This document shows positions 22,292 to 32,617 of a stretch of DNA of 64,000 nt, in pieces. Both the position numbers and the translations under genes were made by a program. The notes below the pieces were generated by a model. That model saw only the letters and a program-made list of their open reading frames with translations, searched no databases and was not told the DNA's origin. The stretch's first letter is position 1. Every line of letters begins with the position of its first letter. This DNA comes from Guillardia theta CCMP2712 (lineage: Eukaryota; Protista; Cryptophyta): contig NW_005434616.1 of assembly GCF_000315625.1 (NCBI RefSeq), forward strand, positions 288,500 through 352,499, given 5' to 3'.

Positions 22292-25200
22292 ATGACATGG
22301 GAGGATAGAGTATGGTTCCCAATCTTCACCTCTGTGTTCTTCGGCATGTTCTTCTATGCAGGAGTGAAGAACGTCCACTGGAGGACGATGGTGGTGGAGA
22401 GGAGGATGTTCGTGAAGGATCTATCCCGCGGCTGGTTCCTTGGGCTCCCTCAAGACCTCTCTGACCCTCAGTGGAAGACCCTGCGCAAGTTCTTTCCTCT
22501 GCTGTTCTCCCTGCTCGTGGGACACGTGCTGGCGTCAAAACTTGCTCGGACGACCTTCTGCAAGGGGAGCAGCAAGAGTTTGAGCAACTTCCATGCAGCC
22601 GTCAACTTGATCTTCGTTATCATCCTACATGGTTTCAAGATCTGCCTTCTTTCACCCTCCTCCTCGTTCCTCGTTCCTTCCTCCTTCCTCCTTCCTCCTT
22701 CCTCCTTCCTCCTTCCTCCTTCCTCCTTCCTCCTTCCTCCTTCCTCCTTACCCATCCTTCCTTACTCATCTTTCCCTCCTACACCCTCCTCCGTTTTCTT
22801 CCTCCCTCCTCCCTCCTGACTCATCCCTCCCTCCTGCTCCCTCCTCCTTGCTCCTTGCTCCCCTCTACTCCCTCCCTCCCTTCCTCTCTGACACCTCGAA
22901 GGACCCAAGGTCGTGTGGCCCCTGCTGACCAACATCACCGTCTTTCTGATCGGCCAGCATTTCCGAGGCTCCATTATGAATCCTGTGCTGCCCCAACCTG
23001 TCGCGGAATCTTAACTTGACTGCTTCTCAGGTGCTGACGTGGCTGGTCTGCCTGCTAGTTCTCTTCAGCTCCGACTACTACGGAGGGTTCGAGACTGTCA
23101 GGTTGGCTCCGATGTTCGGCTCCCTGCTCAGTTTCTGGGACGATTTCTCGGGCCTTTACAGGTAATGGTTACCCTCTTGTCGTCGTGAGCGCCTGTTGGC
23201 CAATCACCAGTTGCTTCTCCGACGTTTGCTGGTTCATCATCATCCGGTTATAGGCGGCAACTTTCCAAGTGTTGCCGGTGGTGATGTAAGCGTTCCAAAC
23301 CTGAAGAAACGAGTCAGGTGGAAGAGAGCAGAACCGCCGAGGTGCCTCCACCTTTCTCAGGGTCGTCAAGGTCAGTCTCTCCCTCGTTCATCTCGTCCAC
23401 TTCCTTCCAGAACGTGGGGTGTTCCTCCCGCCAGTCAGGCAGCACCAGGCCTCTGTTTTCGTCTCTCTTCTGNNNNNNNNNNNNNNNNNNNNNNNNNNNN
23501 NNNNNNNNNNNNNNNNNNNNNNNNNNNNNNNNNNNNNNNNNNNNNNNNNNNNNNNNNNNNNNNNNNNNNNNNCTCCCTCCTTCCCTCCCTCCCTCCCTCC
23601 CTCAATCATTCCATCAACCCATCCATCCATCCGCCCCTCTCTTCCCGCCCTTCCTTTGCCCTTCCCTCCCCCCCCCCCCCGTCGCCTGCCTGCCTTCTTA
23701 CCTTCTCCCTCGCGTCCTCCCTCGTATCCTGGCCTTCTCCTTCATGCTCTCCGCCTCCGCCTCCCCATCTCACCGTCTCTGCTCTTTGCCTCTTTTCCTT
23801 GGTTCGCTCCTCTCCCCTTCCCCCCTGCCAGCCCCCAACTGCCCTCACCCTCCAAACTGAGTTTGATCTCTTTCTTGCGAAGTTGGCAGACTCAATTCAA
23901 TCTCAGCATGTTGCGGCTCATCTCGTTCAACACTGAGTTGTACTGGTCGCAAAATCAGCACGTGAGGGCAGCGACGTGGAGATTGGTGGTGACGGCATTG
24001 TTTTCAGATGTTGTCTCCCAAACAAACTAACCTTCACCTCTACACCCAAGGTCTGACTCGCTCCTGTTCACTTTCGCTGATGATGAAGAGCCTGCAGAAA
24101 ACTTCTCTCTTTCCAACTTCTTGGCCTACGTACTGTACATGCCCCTCTACATCGCCGGCCCCATCGCCCCTTACATGACTTGGTTGGAAGGGCTGAAATC
24201 CCCGCAGAAGGTTTTAACATCTTGCATCACATCTTGACAATTCAAACTTGACCTGATGTCTCCGGCAGTCTCTCACAACAAGGGCAACTGTCTTCATGCT
24301 CGCCCGGACTTTCCTCTACATCCTTTTAGTCGAGGTCATGCTTCACCTGTACATGTACGTCAGCATCAACAACAACAGGACTTGGTACATGATTGAGGTC
24401 GGCGGCCCCACATATGATTGAGACCGGCTGTGACACGTGGAGCAGGGAGACTACATGCCTGGATGGGAGGTAGCGGTGGGAGGGTTCTTCACACTACAGG
24501 AAATTATCTCTACATCCCCATATCGCTCGCTTGTCTCCTCGTCATTCCTTTCACTGCCATTTTTGTCCTCCACCTGTTGTCATGGCTAGATACTGATCCT
24601 CACCTCCCCTTCTTGCTTCTATTTCATTACTACCACCAACACCAATACAAACATCAACATCAGCATTATCATCATCATCAACAACAACAACTTCATCATC
24701 CATATCGACAACATTTACCCCACATCCTCATCCTCTTCCCGTTCTCCTTCCCTTCTTCCCCCCCTTCGTCCTCCTCCTTTCCTCCTTGCTCCCCTCTCCC
24801 TCCCCATCTGCCTCCCTCTTCTTCTGCCCTCTCTATTCCTCCTGCATCTGACGAGGAAAGCAGTTCATGTACATGAAATTTCTCAGCATCTGGCGTTTTT
24901 TCCGTTGCTGGGCGCTGCTGGATGGGATAGATTGCCCAGAGAATATGAAGAGATGCGTCAACAACAATTACTCCTTCAGCGTACTCCTCCTCCTACCTGA
25001 CCTATTTCTCCTGCTCCTCCTTTCCATCCCTTCCTCCCTAGCCATCCCTCCAAACCCCTCTCCTGCCTCCACCACCTCCTCCTCCACCACCACCACCACC
25101 TCCTCTGCCTCCTCTGCCTCCTCCTCTCCCTCGTCATCATCATCCTTCTCCTCCTTCTCCTAGTTTACCCTCCTTCTGCTTAGGGTTTCTGGCGACAATG

Positions 25201-26695
25201 GCACGCGTCTCTCAACGCCTGGATCATCCGCTACATGTACATCCCACTGGGAGGGAGGAAAACGCAGGCAAGTCAGGGAGACAAGAGAAGGGCCAGCGTA
25301 CTGAAGAATTCTTTCCTATCCTATCCTCTCTTCCTCATCCTCTCCTCTCCTCTCCTCTCCTCTCCTCTCCTCTCCTCTCCTCTCCTCTCCTCTCCTCTCA
25401 TCTCATCTCATCTCATCTCGTATCCCTCTCTTCTCCTCTCTCTTCTCCTCTCTCTTCTCCTCTCTCTTCTCCTCTCCTATTCCTCTCCTCCTCGCTCCTC
25501 TCTTCTTCCTCCCCTTTCTGTTCCTCGTCTCCTCCGCTCCTCTTGCCTCCTTTTAGTTCTGGAACGTCTGGGTCATCTTCACCTTCGTTGGCCTCTGGCA
25601 TGACCTGATGTGGAGATGGCTGGTAGATCTCTTCAGATTCTCTCCTCCTCCTCCTCCNNNNNNNNNNNNNNNNNNNNNNNNNNNNNNNNNNNNNNNNNNN
25701 NNNNNNNNNNNNNNNNNNNNNNNNNNNNNNNNNNNNNNNNNNNNNNNNNNNNNNNNNNNNNNNNNNNNNNNNNNNNNNNNNNNNNNNNNNNNNNNNNNNN
25801 NNNNNNNNNNNNNNNNNNNNNNNNNNNNNNNNNNNNNNNNNNNNNNNNNNNNNNNNNNNNNNNNNNNNNNNNNNNNNNNNNNNNNNNNNNNNNNNNNNNN
25901 NNNNNNNNNNNNNNNNNNNNNNNNNNNNNNNNNNNNNNNNNNNNNNNNNNNNNNNNNNNNNNNNNNNNNNNNNNNTACTCATCCTCCTCTCTCCTCCAAT
26001 TCCTTCTTCTCCACCCACCCATCGCTTCACCTTTCCTCTTTTCCCGATCCTGTTTCCTCTGCCTTGCTCCACTACCTCCTTTCCTCGTCCTGATTCCATC
26101 TCCTTTTTCTGTCCTCCCTCGAGTTTCCTTCCTCCACGACTTGCAAACGTTTTGAGTCGCCTGCTGCGCAGGCCTGGGCCTGGCTCAACTGCACCTTCTT
26201 CTGCCTTGAGTTGGCTGTAACAGCACTGGGAGAGGTAAGAGGACGAGAACGAGGACAAAGACAACCTAGGAGGAGGAGGATGCGGGAAGGTGGATGTACA
26301 AGGAGAAGGGAAGATGAGGAGGAGAGTGGGGAGGAGAGGAGAGAACAACGAGGGGGAGCAAGAGCAGATTAGCAGGTTTCTCGCATGACGACTTTGTGCA
26401 GAGCAAGGCGTGCGAGGGTTGGAGGAGAAGCCGCTGGTGGCGCTACATCCTCGCCCTCTGCGGCTCTATGAACATTTCCTTCCTTGTCATCGCCAACCTG
26501 TCGATCATGCACGGGTTCCAGGGCTCAACTGAGTTCCTGCTGGCTATCTTTGACAACCAAGGGGAACGCAGCTCGCCGCCTGCTGGGCTGGTCACTGCCT
26601 TGAAGATCTTCAGCTTCCTAGGAGTCGCCCAGCTGTCTATGGTGGGCCTCCGGAAGCACGAGAGAGTCGTTGGGAAGCGCCCACTGCGGTATTAG
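22292..26695 (+). CDS. Membrane-bound O-acyltransferase (MBOAT), GUP1/HHAT-like, multi-exon
   Basis: [107 protein letters not shown] (catalytic His). Confidence 0.93.
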
Positions 26696-26901
26696 AGCGT
26701 TTGGCGGACGAGGACGAGGACGAGGACGAGGACAAGGACAAGGACAATGACGAGGACAGGATGTGCAGAAGGAAGGTAGGGAGGAGAGAGCCGGACAAAG
26801 GTGTGGGGGGAGCATTTGGACAAGAACAGAAGTATAATTGGGATCAACAGAGCTGGACTTCGAATGTTAGGGGTGTGTAGAGACTTGTTGCGAGCGTCCC
26901 A

Positions 26902-28467
26902 TCAACCGCTGTCCATCTTGAAGATGTCGTTGGCGTCCCCTTTCTTACTCTTCCTCGAGCCCTCCCTGGTCTTGTTGCCCAGCAGGCCGAGTGCTCGCTG
27001 GTTGGCAATGGAACGGGCTATGAACTCGTCGACAAACTTCTGCTTCTCCTCCTCCGTCTCCTTCTCCGCCAGCTCTCGCTCCTCCTCCAGGATTGCATAC
27101 AGCTCCTCCGCATCCTCTACGTCTTTGTTGGTCCTCAGGTCCACTCCCTCCTGCGTCCCCTCGAAGCGCTTCCACTCCACATCGGAGGGCGTGTAGTACG
27201 GGCCCTTGGGGAACAGGTCAGGGTTGAAGTCGAAGGTCTCAGGAGGAGGAGGAGACGGCATCCTCCCAACTTCCTTCATCCACACCTCATGCTGTACCCT
27301 CCTGGTGTCCCACTTCCAGAGGAGGAAGGGAAACTCGTACGCCATCTGTACCAGCCCGTTGGCTCCGCACAGGTCGCACAGGTGGTCATCGTCAAAGTGT
27401 CTCATCAACCTCAGCGCGTCCTCGGGGTTGTCGGGGTCCTCTGCCACTGGGATATTGCGCAGGCTGAAGACTCTAGTGCCGTTGGGAGCAATCCCCATGT
27501 ACTTGAACCTCGGGGGGCTCCGGACGTCTATGTGGTGGTCGTGGCGGTGCTTGAGGCAAAATCTCGGCACCCCGTCGTCTATGTAGCCCCAGTAGGGCAG
27601 CTCCGGACATCCTTTGGGGAACTGACAGAATCTAGGAGGCATCTCCATGCGCGCTGAAGACTTCGTCTTGCCCATGGCTCCAGCTCTCCCTTCTGCACCT
27701 TCGACTGCTGCTCCTCCCTCGTCTCCTCCTTCTTCATCAACTCCTCCTCCATCATTCTCTTCTCCTCCTCCTGCTCTGCCTCCTCCTGCTCCCTTTCTGG
27801 TCTGGCCAACTCTCGCTCCACCTCTCCCCCTCCCTTTCCCTCTTGCCGGCTGTGCATCCTTCCTCGCCCTCTTCGGGGGATTCTTCACTTCAAGTTGATC
27901 AATGTCAAGCTTCTCATCTTGATTCACGGGCGACTTCAAGTTGCGAGGAACCGGGTTGAGCGCTGAACGGTAAGTTGGGATCCCTTGCTGAGGGGGGTCG
28001 AAGAAGCCCTTCCTCAGGTTCTCGAATCTTGGAGCTTCGTTGATCACCTGCATGACCTCAACAGGCTGCATCCCAGCTTCGTCCTCCATGCCTGTGTTGT
28101 TCAGGTAGCAATCCGCTGGCCGGCCGGTCCTGATCTCCTCCAGGGCCTCGGAGAGGAACTCCTTGTAGATTCCCTCGACGTTCTGAAGCGCATGAATCAT
28201 CTCCGTCGAAGTCATTCCGAAAGGGTTGATGCCGCATGCATGGCAGAGCGAGATGAGATCGTTGTCCTGCAGCGAAAAGAGGGCCGTGAAGTCTTCGGGA
28301 GAGAACGTCTTGTCGGTGTACATCATGTCCTGGTACCCTCCTCTCATCGCAACTCGAGCCCTATGGCCGATGAGCGCTGCCGCACCTCCCCTGAGCATGG
28401 GATCCTGTAGGCAGCTCCTTGCCGCGGCTCCAATGAGAACCAAGTGCAACCAGCTGCACGATCGCAT
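26902..28467 (-). CDS. Intronless hypothetical protein with a signal-like N-terminus and one EsV-1-7-type Cys-rich repeat
   Basis: ATG at 28467 (MRSCSWLHLVLIGAAARSC), LRGG/MRGG motifs, RFCQFPKGCPELPYWGYIDDGVPRFCLKHRHDHHIDV (C-x-C..P.[YF]G...RFC..H...DV pattern). Confidence 0.7.
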   Translation of the reverse strand: MRSCSWLHLVLIGAAARSCLQDPMLRGGAAALIGHRARVAMRGGYQDMMYTDKTFSPEDFTALFSLQDNDLISLCHACGINPFGMTSTEMIHALQNVEGIYKEFLSEALEEIRTGRPADCYLNNTGMEDEAGMQPVEVMQVINEAPRFENLRKGFFDPPQQGIPTYRSALNPVPRNLKSPVNQDEKLDIDQLEVKNPPKRARKDAQPARGKGRGRGGARVGQTRKGAGGGRAGGGEENDGGGVDEEGGDEGGAAVEGAEGRAGAMGKTKSSARMEMPPRFCQFPKGCPELPYWGYIDDGVPRFCLKHRHDHHIDVRSPPRFKYMGIAPNGTRVFSLRNIPVAEDPDNPEDALRLMRHFDDDHLCDLCGANGLVQMAYEFPFLLWKWDTRRVQHEVWMKEVGRMPSPPPPETFDFNPDLFPKGPYYTPSDVEWKRFEGTQEGVDLRTNKDVEDAEELYAILEEERELAEKETEEEKQKFVDEFIARSIANQRALGLLGNKTREGSRKSKKGDANDIFKMDSG

Positions 28468-28779
28468 GCTGAGGTTTGCGCGGAGCCTCTCGCCAACCAG
28501 CGACACAGTCAGGCGCTGAATCGTTGGAGGAGGTTCCAGTCCTCGAGCTTCATCTCTGTTTCTGTATCAAGGTCTACTCCTCGCTCCTCGCTCCTCGCTT
28601 CTCACATCTCTCCTCTCTCCTCCATCCTCTCTCTCCCTTCTCTCCTCTCTCCTCTCTCCTCTCTCCTCTCTCCTCTTTCTCCTCCTCCCGTCGCTCTCGG
28701 TATCTCGGTATGCTAATGCGGCCATTGCCTCATTGGCTTCTGTTCACTCAATCACTTGTACCTGACAGTGAGTCGTTCT

Positions 28780-28990
28780 GGGCCGGGCCGTCGAGCGCCG
28801 CGAGCCCCGGGGCCCGGCTGGCCCGGGCCCGGCCGTCCGGAGCCCTAGTCCAAACCGTTCCGCTGAGTTCGGAGGCCGCCTGGCCCTGGCATGCCAGGCC
28901 CGGTCTCGCGGCACTGCTAGTTCCGAGTCAGTGCGTCCGACGGCTCGGCCCGACGGTCGGCTCACATGACTCGCCTGATTTCCGAAGTTC
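28780..28990. other. CCGG/CpG-dense intergenic tract
   Basis: Clustered ccgg/ggcc/cgg words upstream of the 28467 (-) gene. A similar tract lies at 30520-30770. Confidence 0.55.
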
Positions 28991-29339
28991 GCTCAGCGGC
29001 TGCCTTGATATTAAGATCGCGATCCTTCAAGAGACAACCGTTTGATCGGCATGTCCTGAACTCACACCTGCATCTACTAGTCGGACATTGTTTCATGCTC
29101 CCGGTCGACATTGTAGCCAGGCCGCGCTCCCACCGAAAGTATTGAAACCGTACGGTCCGTGGCACCCGCTACAAAAGCCTTTGCCAGTATACTACCCGAT
29201 GATCATGGCAAGTAAGGACTTTGTGTCAGTGCTGGGATCGGAGACAATCGAATGAATATAGATGGATTTGTGGGAAGGCTAACACTAAGCTCATATCAAC
29301 AGTGTATTAATACGATTTTCTATGTAACAATAGTGACAG

Positions 29340-29840
29340 AAGAATCTAATGATCTCTACACAGATGTCCAGAGTCTCGATATTGTTAATCAGCTCAGGAG
29401 TTCACTGCTCAGTGAGTGACTTGTGTGGGACTCAAACAGGCTACGGGCTCATTTACAGTTGCTCTTTACTCCCATACATTACATATCTTACAAGGAAATC
29501 ATCGCACGTCCTTCCGTCCCGCCTTCTTCGTTCTTAATGCTCTACCATCCGACTCTGGTGGGCAGGTCAGATGCCATGGCCCAGAATTTCATTGTCCGGA
29601 TCGGACAGGCAAGGTTTGTCAGCCTAAAGCTGAGGCAGATTTTCATCAGCCCTATCTGCAAGAGGTAGATGACCTGTCGTCGTGATACAGACTGGAAATC
29701 TCTACCCTGACCCTCAAAGCTGAGCATGGCAGTGACTGCCCGTCGATGCTACCACCTTGCTGCTCCTGTAGCCCCCGGATGTACTCCATGGCGCCGCGGA
29801 GGCGGGCGAGCTGGAGGGTCTTGAAGGAGGAAGATGGGGA
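29340..29840 (-). mobile_element. Degenerate relic, probably the C-terminal ORF2 region of a non-LTR retrotransposon
   Basis: TLQLARLRGAMEYIRGLQ is homologous to PLQLARLHAAIAYIQGLQ at ~46720-46780. Downstream MKFWAMASDLPTRVG and CKICN carry stops and frameshifts. Confidence 0.5.
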
Positions 29841-30519
29841 AGGTAAAGGAGAGGATGGAGGCAGTGAAGTGGACGCTGAGGGAAGAGCTATGAGAGAATG
29901 ACACTGAGCAGGAGGGTCCTGGGAGCGAATAGAAACCAGGGGGGACATGAGGTGCCGGAGGTCCTCTCGTTAGCAAGAGGAGCCTGAGCAGCACGAGGGG
30001 TCGAGGAAGGACAGGGCACGAGACGCAGCACCAGGGAGGAGAGTGAGGAAGAGGTCAAGGAGGAGAGCGAGGAAGATGGTAAGGAGGAGGGTAAGGAGGA
30101 GGGTAAGGATGAAGCGGAGAAGGGTGGGGAGAAGCGAGGATTGGTACTGCGTGCAAGATAGGAGGCAACCTTTATAATGGGGTTGTGGGGCCCCTTCGGA
30201 CGCCCTGCCCGAAGAAGGGGCTTACAGGGGCTAATAGGGTCCAAGAACCGCACCGTTTCGGAGCCATTGCAGGTGTCCTGCGACCTCTTACCTCGAGATT
30301 TTACTCAAGGGGCGGTACAAAAGCTAGCAACTACTAGGAAGTCACCCGAGTCGGGCAGCAGACTCTCAGATCCTACGGCTTTGAAGACTCCGGACGCCAT
30401 TTGAGTTCAAGTTTTTGATCTCGTGAGCAGCTGCTTGTGTGGTAGTAAAGGCATTTTTGAGTGTGTTCCTTAGTTAACAGGCTGAGATGGATCGAGATAA
30501 TAGGAGCCAAGAACGATCA

Positions 30520-30770
30520 TGACCCCCCGGCCCTCGGCCTTCTGGGCTGACTCGAGCAAGTCGGGTCGCCTGGTCGGAGCCCTCGTCCGTCGGACGGTCC
30601 GACTGGGAAAGGCCTTACAGGAAAAAGTACGTCGCGTCGCAACAAATTTTTAAACGCCTTCTGAAAAGAAGATTTTTCGGCTCGAGGCTCCGATTAATCT
30701 AAACTGGGCCGGGCCGGCGGGGATCCGACTGATCCCGGCCGCGCGGCCCGGCGGCCGCAGGGCTGAACTT
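30520..30770. other. CCGG/CpG-dense intergenic tract
   Basis: gggccgggccggcgggg..cccggccgcgcggcccggcggccgc immediately upstream of the 30819 ATG. Confidence 0.55.
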
Positions 30771-30818
30771 TCACTGAAACGGAATGTAACCGTTTCCCTC
30801 TATTTGTGGTCGATTGCC

Positions 30819-31287
30819 ATGTTCGCGATGCTGCGGCAGCTAACGCGTGAGGAGGCGGAGGCGGAAAGGATCTACCACAACTACGACTACGACTATTGGT
30901 AAGAGCTTAGAATGATAGCAAGGTGATAGAGTGAGGATAGGAGCGAGGGAGGGGTTGTAGGAGGGAGGAGGAATTGGTGAAGTGTAGGGAAAGTCGATAG
31001 CAGGAAATTCCAAGGTCACTTGGAGGGATAGTTGGAAAGCTATCTTGTGGAAGAGATGAGTTTGGTGGCATAATATTTGAAGCGAATCAAAGATCGACCA
31101 AAGGAGTATGCAGGGGAAAACTAACATCTGAGAGATAGCGGGAGTCAACCATCCCGCTCACGTCCATCGCAACTTGCAGAATCTCTCCTTGTGTACTCAG
31201 TGACTCCTGCGCAGGTCAAACTTGGGGACGTTCTGGGAGAAGACAGTTACGGACATCCAGCCGCCATGTAGCGAGGAAGCCGAGTGA
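30819..31287 (+). CDS. Predicted two-exon microprotein (~50 aa)
   Basis: Exon 30819-30898 (donor GTAAG) spliced to 31215-31287 (acceptor GCAG) reads MFAMLRQLTREEAEAERIYHNYDYDYWSNLGTFWEKTVTDIQPPCSEEAE*. Confidence 0.5.
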
Positions 31288-31488
31288 GCTAGCCCTCCTC
31301 CTCCTCCGTCGGCGCGGTCAGGATGCCGCCAAAGAGCATGTGCTGCATGACGGGGAACTTGTCCATGACCTCGGCGAAGAACATCTTGCACATGCCGTTG
31401 TTAACACGCTGTGAGAAGTGTGATCAGCTGGTGGAATGAGGGAGGGAGAGAGGACGAGGAAGAGCAGGAGGGAGAGGAGGGAGGGAGG
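31261..31488 (-). repeat. Near-identical second copy of the PTPA terminal exon with its acceptor and flanks (copy of ~32590-32817)
   Basis: Exon 31289-31408 encodes RVNNGMCKMFFAEVMDKFPVMQHMLFGGILTAPTEEEEG*, versus ...GILSAP... at 32618-32737. Confidence 0.92.
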
Positions 31489-31645
31489 GAGTTGGAAGTA
31501 TCCTTTCTTCAGCTTTCCCGTGTACAACATGATTGAACAAACCAACAAACGAACGAGCATCATGTCAACATGTTGACGCTCTCTTCCCTGCTCCCGCTGC
31601 CGGTCCACTCCACTCCTTAAATCGCCGCACTCCGCTCGAACCCTC

Positions 31646-32232
31646 ATGCTGCGTGAGCTGCGACTGCGAGTTTGTGTGCCAGAAGCTCTTCCACACCTAT
31701 ACGTCCCCCTCCTCCCTCCTCCCTCCTCCCTCCTCCCTCCTCCCTCCTCCCTCCTCCCTCCTCCCTCCTCCCTCCTCCCTCCTCCCTCCTCCCTCCTCCC
31801 TCCTCCCTTCCCCCTCCTCCCTCCTCCCTCCTCCTCCTCCCTCCTCCCGTTCAGGTACATTTTACACAGCATTGGTTTTAAATGCGCCTCCAGGCAGGGA
31901 CGTTCAGGGACGCGGACGTGCAGGTGGAGGTGAACAACGGCAGCGTCTTCATCGACTTCCGCATCGTTGAGGAGGAAGATTACACGGGGACAAGGAGGAG
32001 GGGGAAGAAGCTGCTCAAGCTCGTTCGCATCTCCTTCGATGGCTTCGGCTGCAGGGATCTGACGAGCGAGCGGGTGAGGCCGATGGACGTGGAGGACTCG
32101 AGGAAGATGCTGGGGATGATGGGCTCGAATGGATGCGATGAGGAAGAGCTCGAGAGGATAGTGAGGAAGAATATCGCCATGAACCAGAGCTTCATATGGG
32201 AGGATGCACTCAAGGCGCATGGGCTGATATGA
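31646..32232 (+). CDS. Small two-exon hypothetical protein, bacterial-like (SVFxDF..LVRISFDG[FY]GC..IWEDAL)
   Basis: MLRELRLRVCVPEALPHLY spliced in frame to AGTFRDADVQVEVNNGSVFIDF..LVRISFDGFGC..FIWEDALKAHGLI*; clean, non-repetitive coding exon. Confidence 0.65.
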
Positions 32233-32617
32233 GAGGACAGGAGAGCAGAGCAGAGCAGAGCAGAGCAGAGCAGAGCAGAGCAGAGCAGAGCAGAGCAGAG
32301 CAGAGCAGACACAACAAGACAAAACAAGACAAGACCACATGAGACTAGAAGAGACTAGACGAGATGAGATGGGATGATGTCATTTTCGAGCTAATATCTT
32401 CAGCTTTTCTCCATCTCTACCTCATCACATCCACACGTCAAACCTGGTCAACTCTCGTTCAAGAAGGAGAGCTGGTCGTAGATACTAGAGTGACGATTCA
32501 GAACAACTCGAGGCGGAAGAGAGCAGCAGACGTTGTAGTTCCTTTATCGCAATAATACAAAAGACTCTTCCCTCCCCCTTGTGCTTCACCCGCCATGTAG
32601 CGAGGAAGCCGAGTGAG

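Noticed and set aside
29652-29948. bHLH transcription factor (..LRGAMEYIRGLQ)
   Set aside because: No basic region or helix 1 is present, and the segment is homologous to the repeat relic at ~46750.
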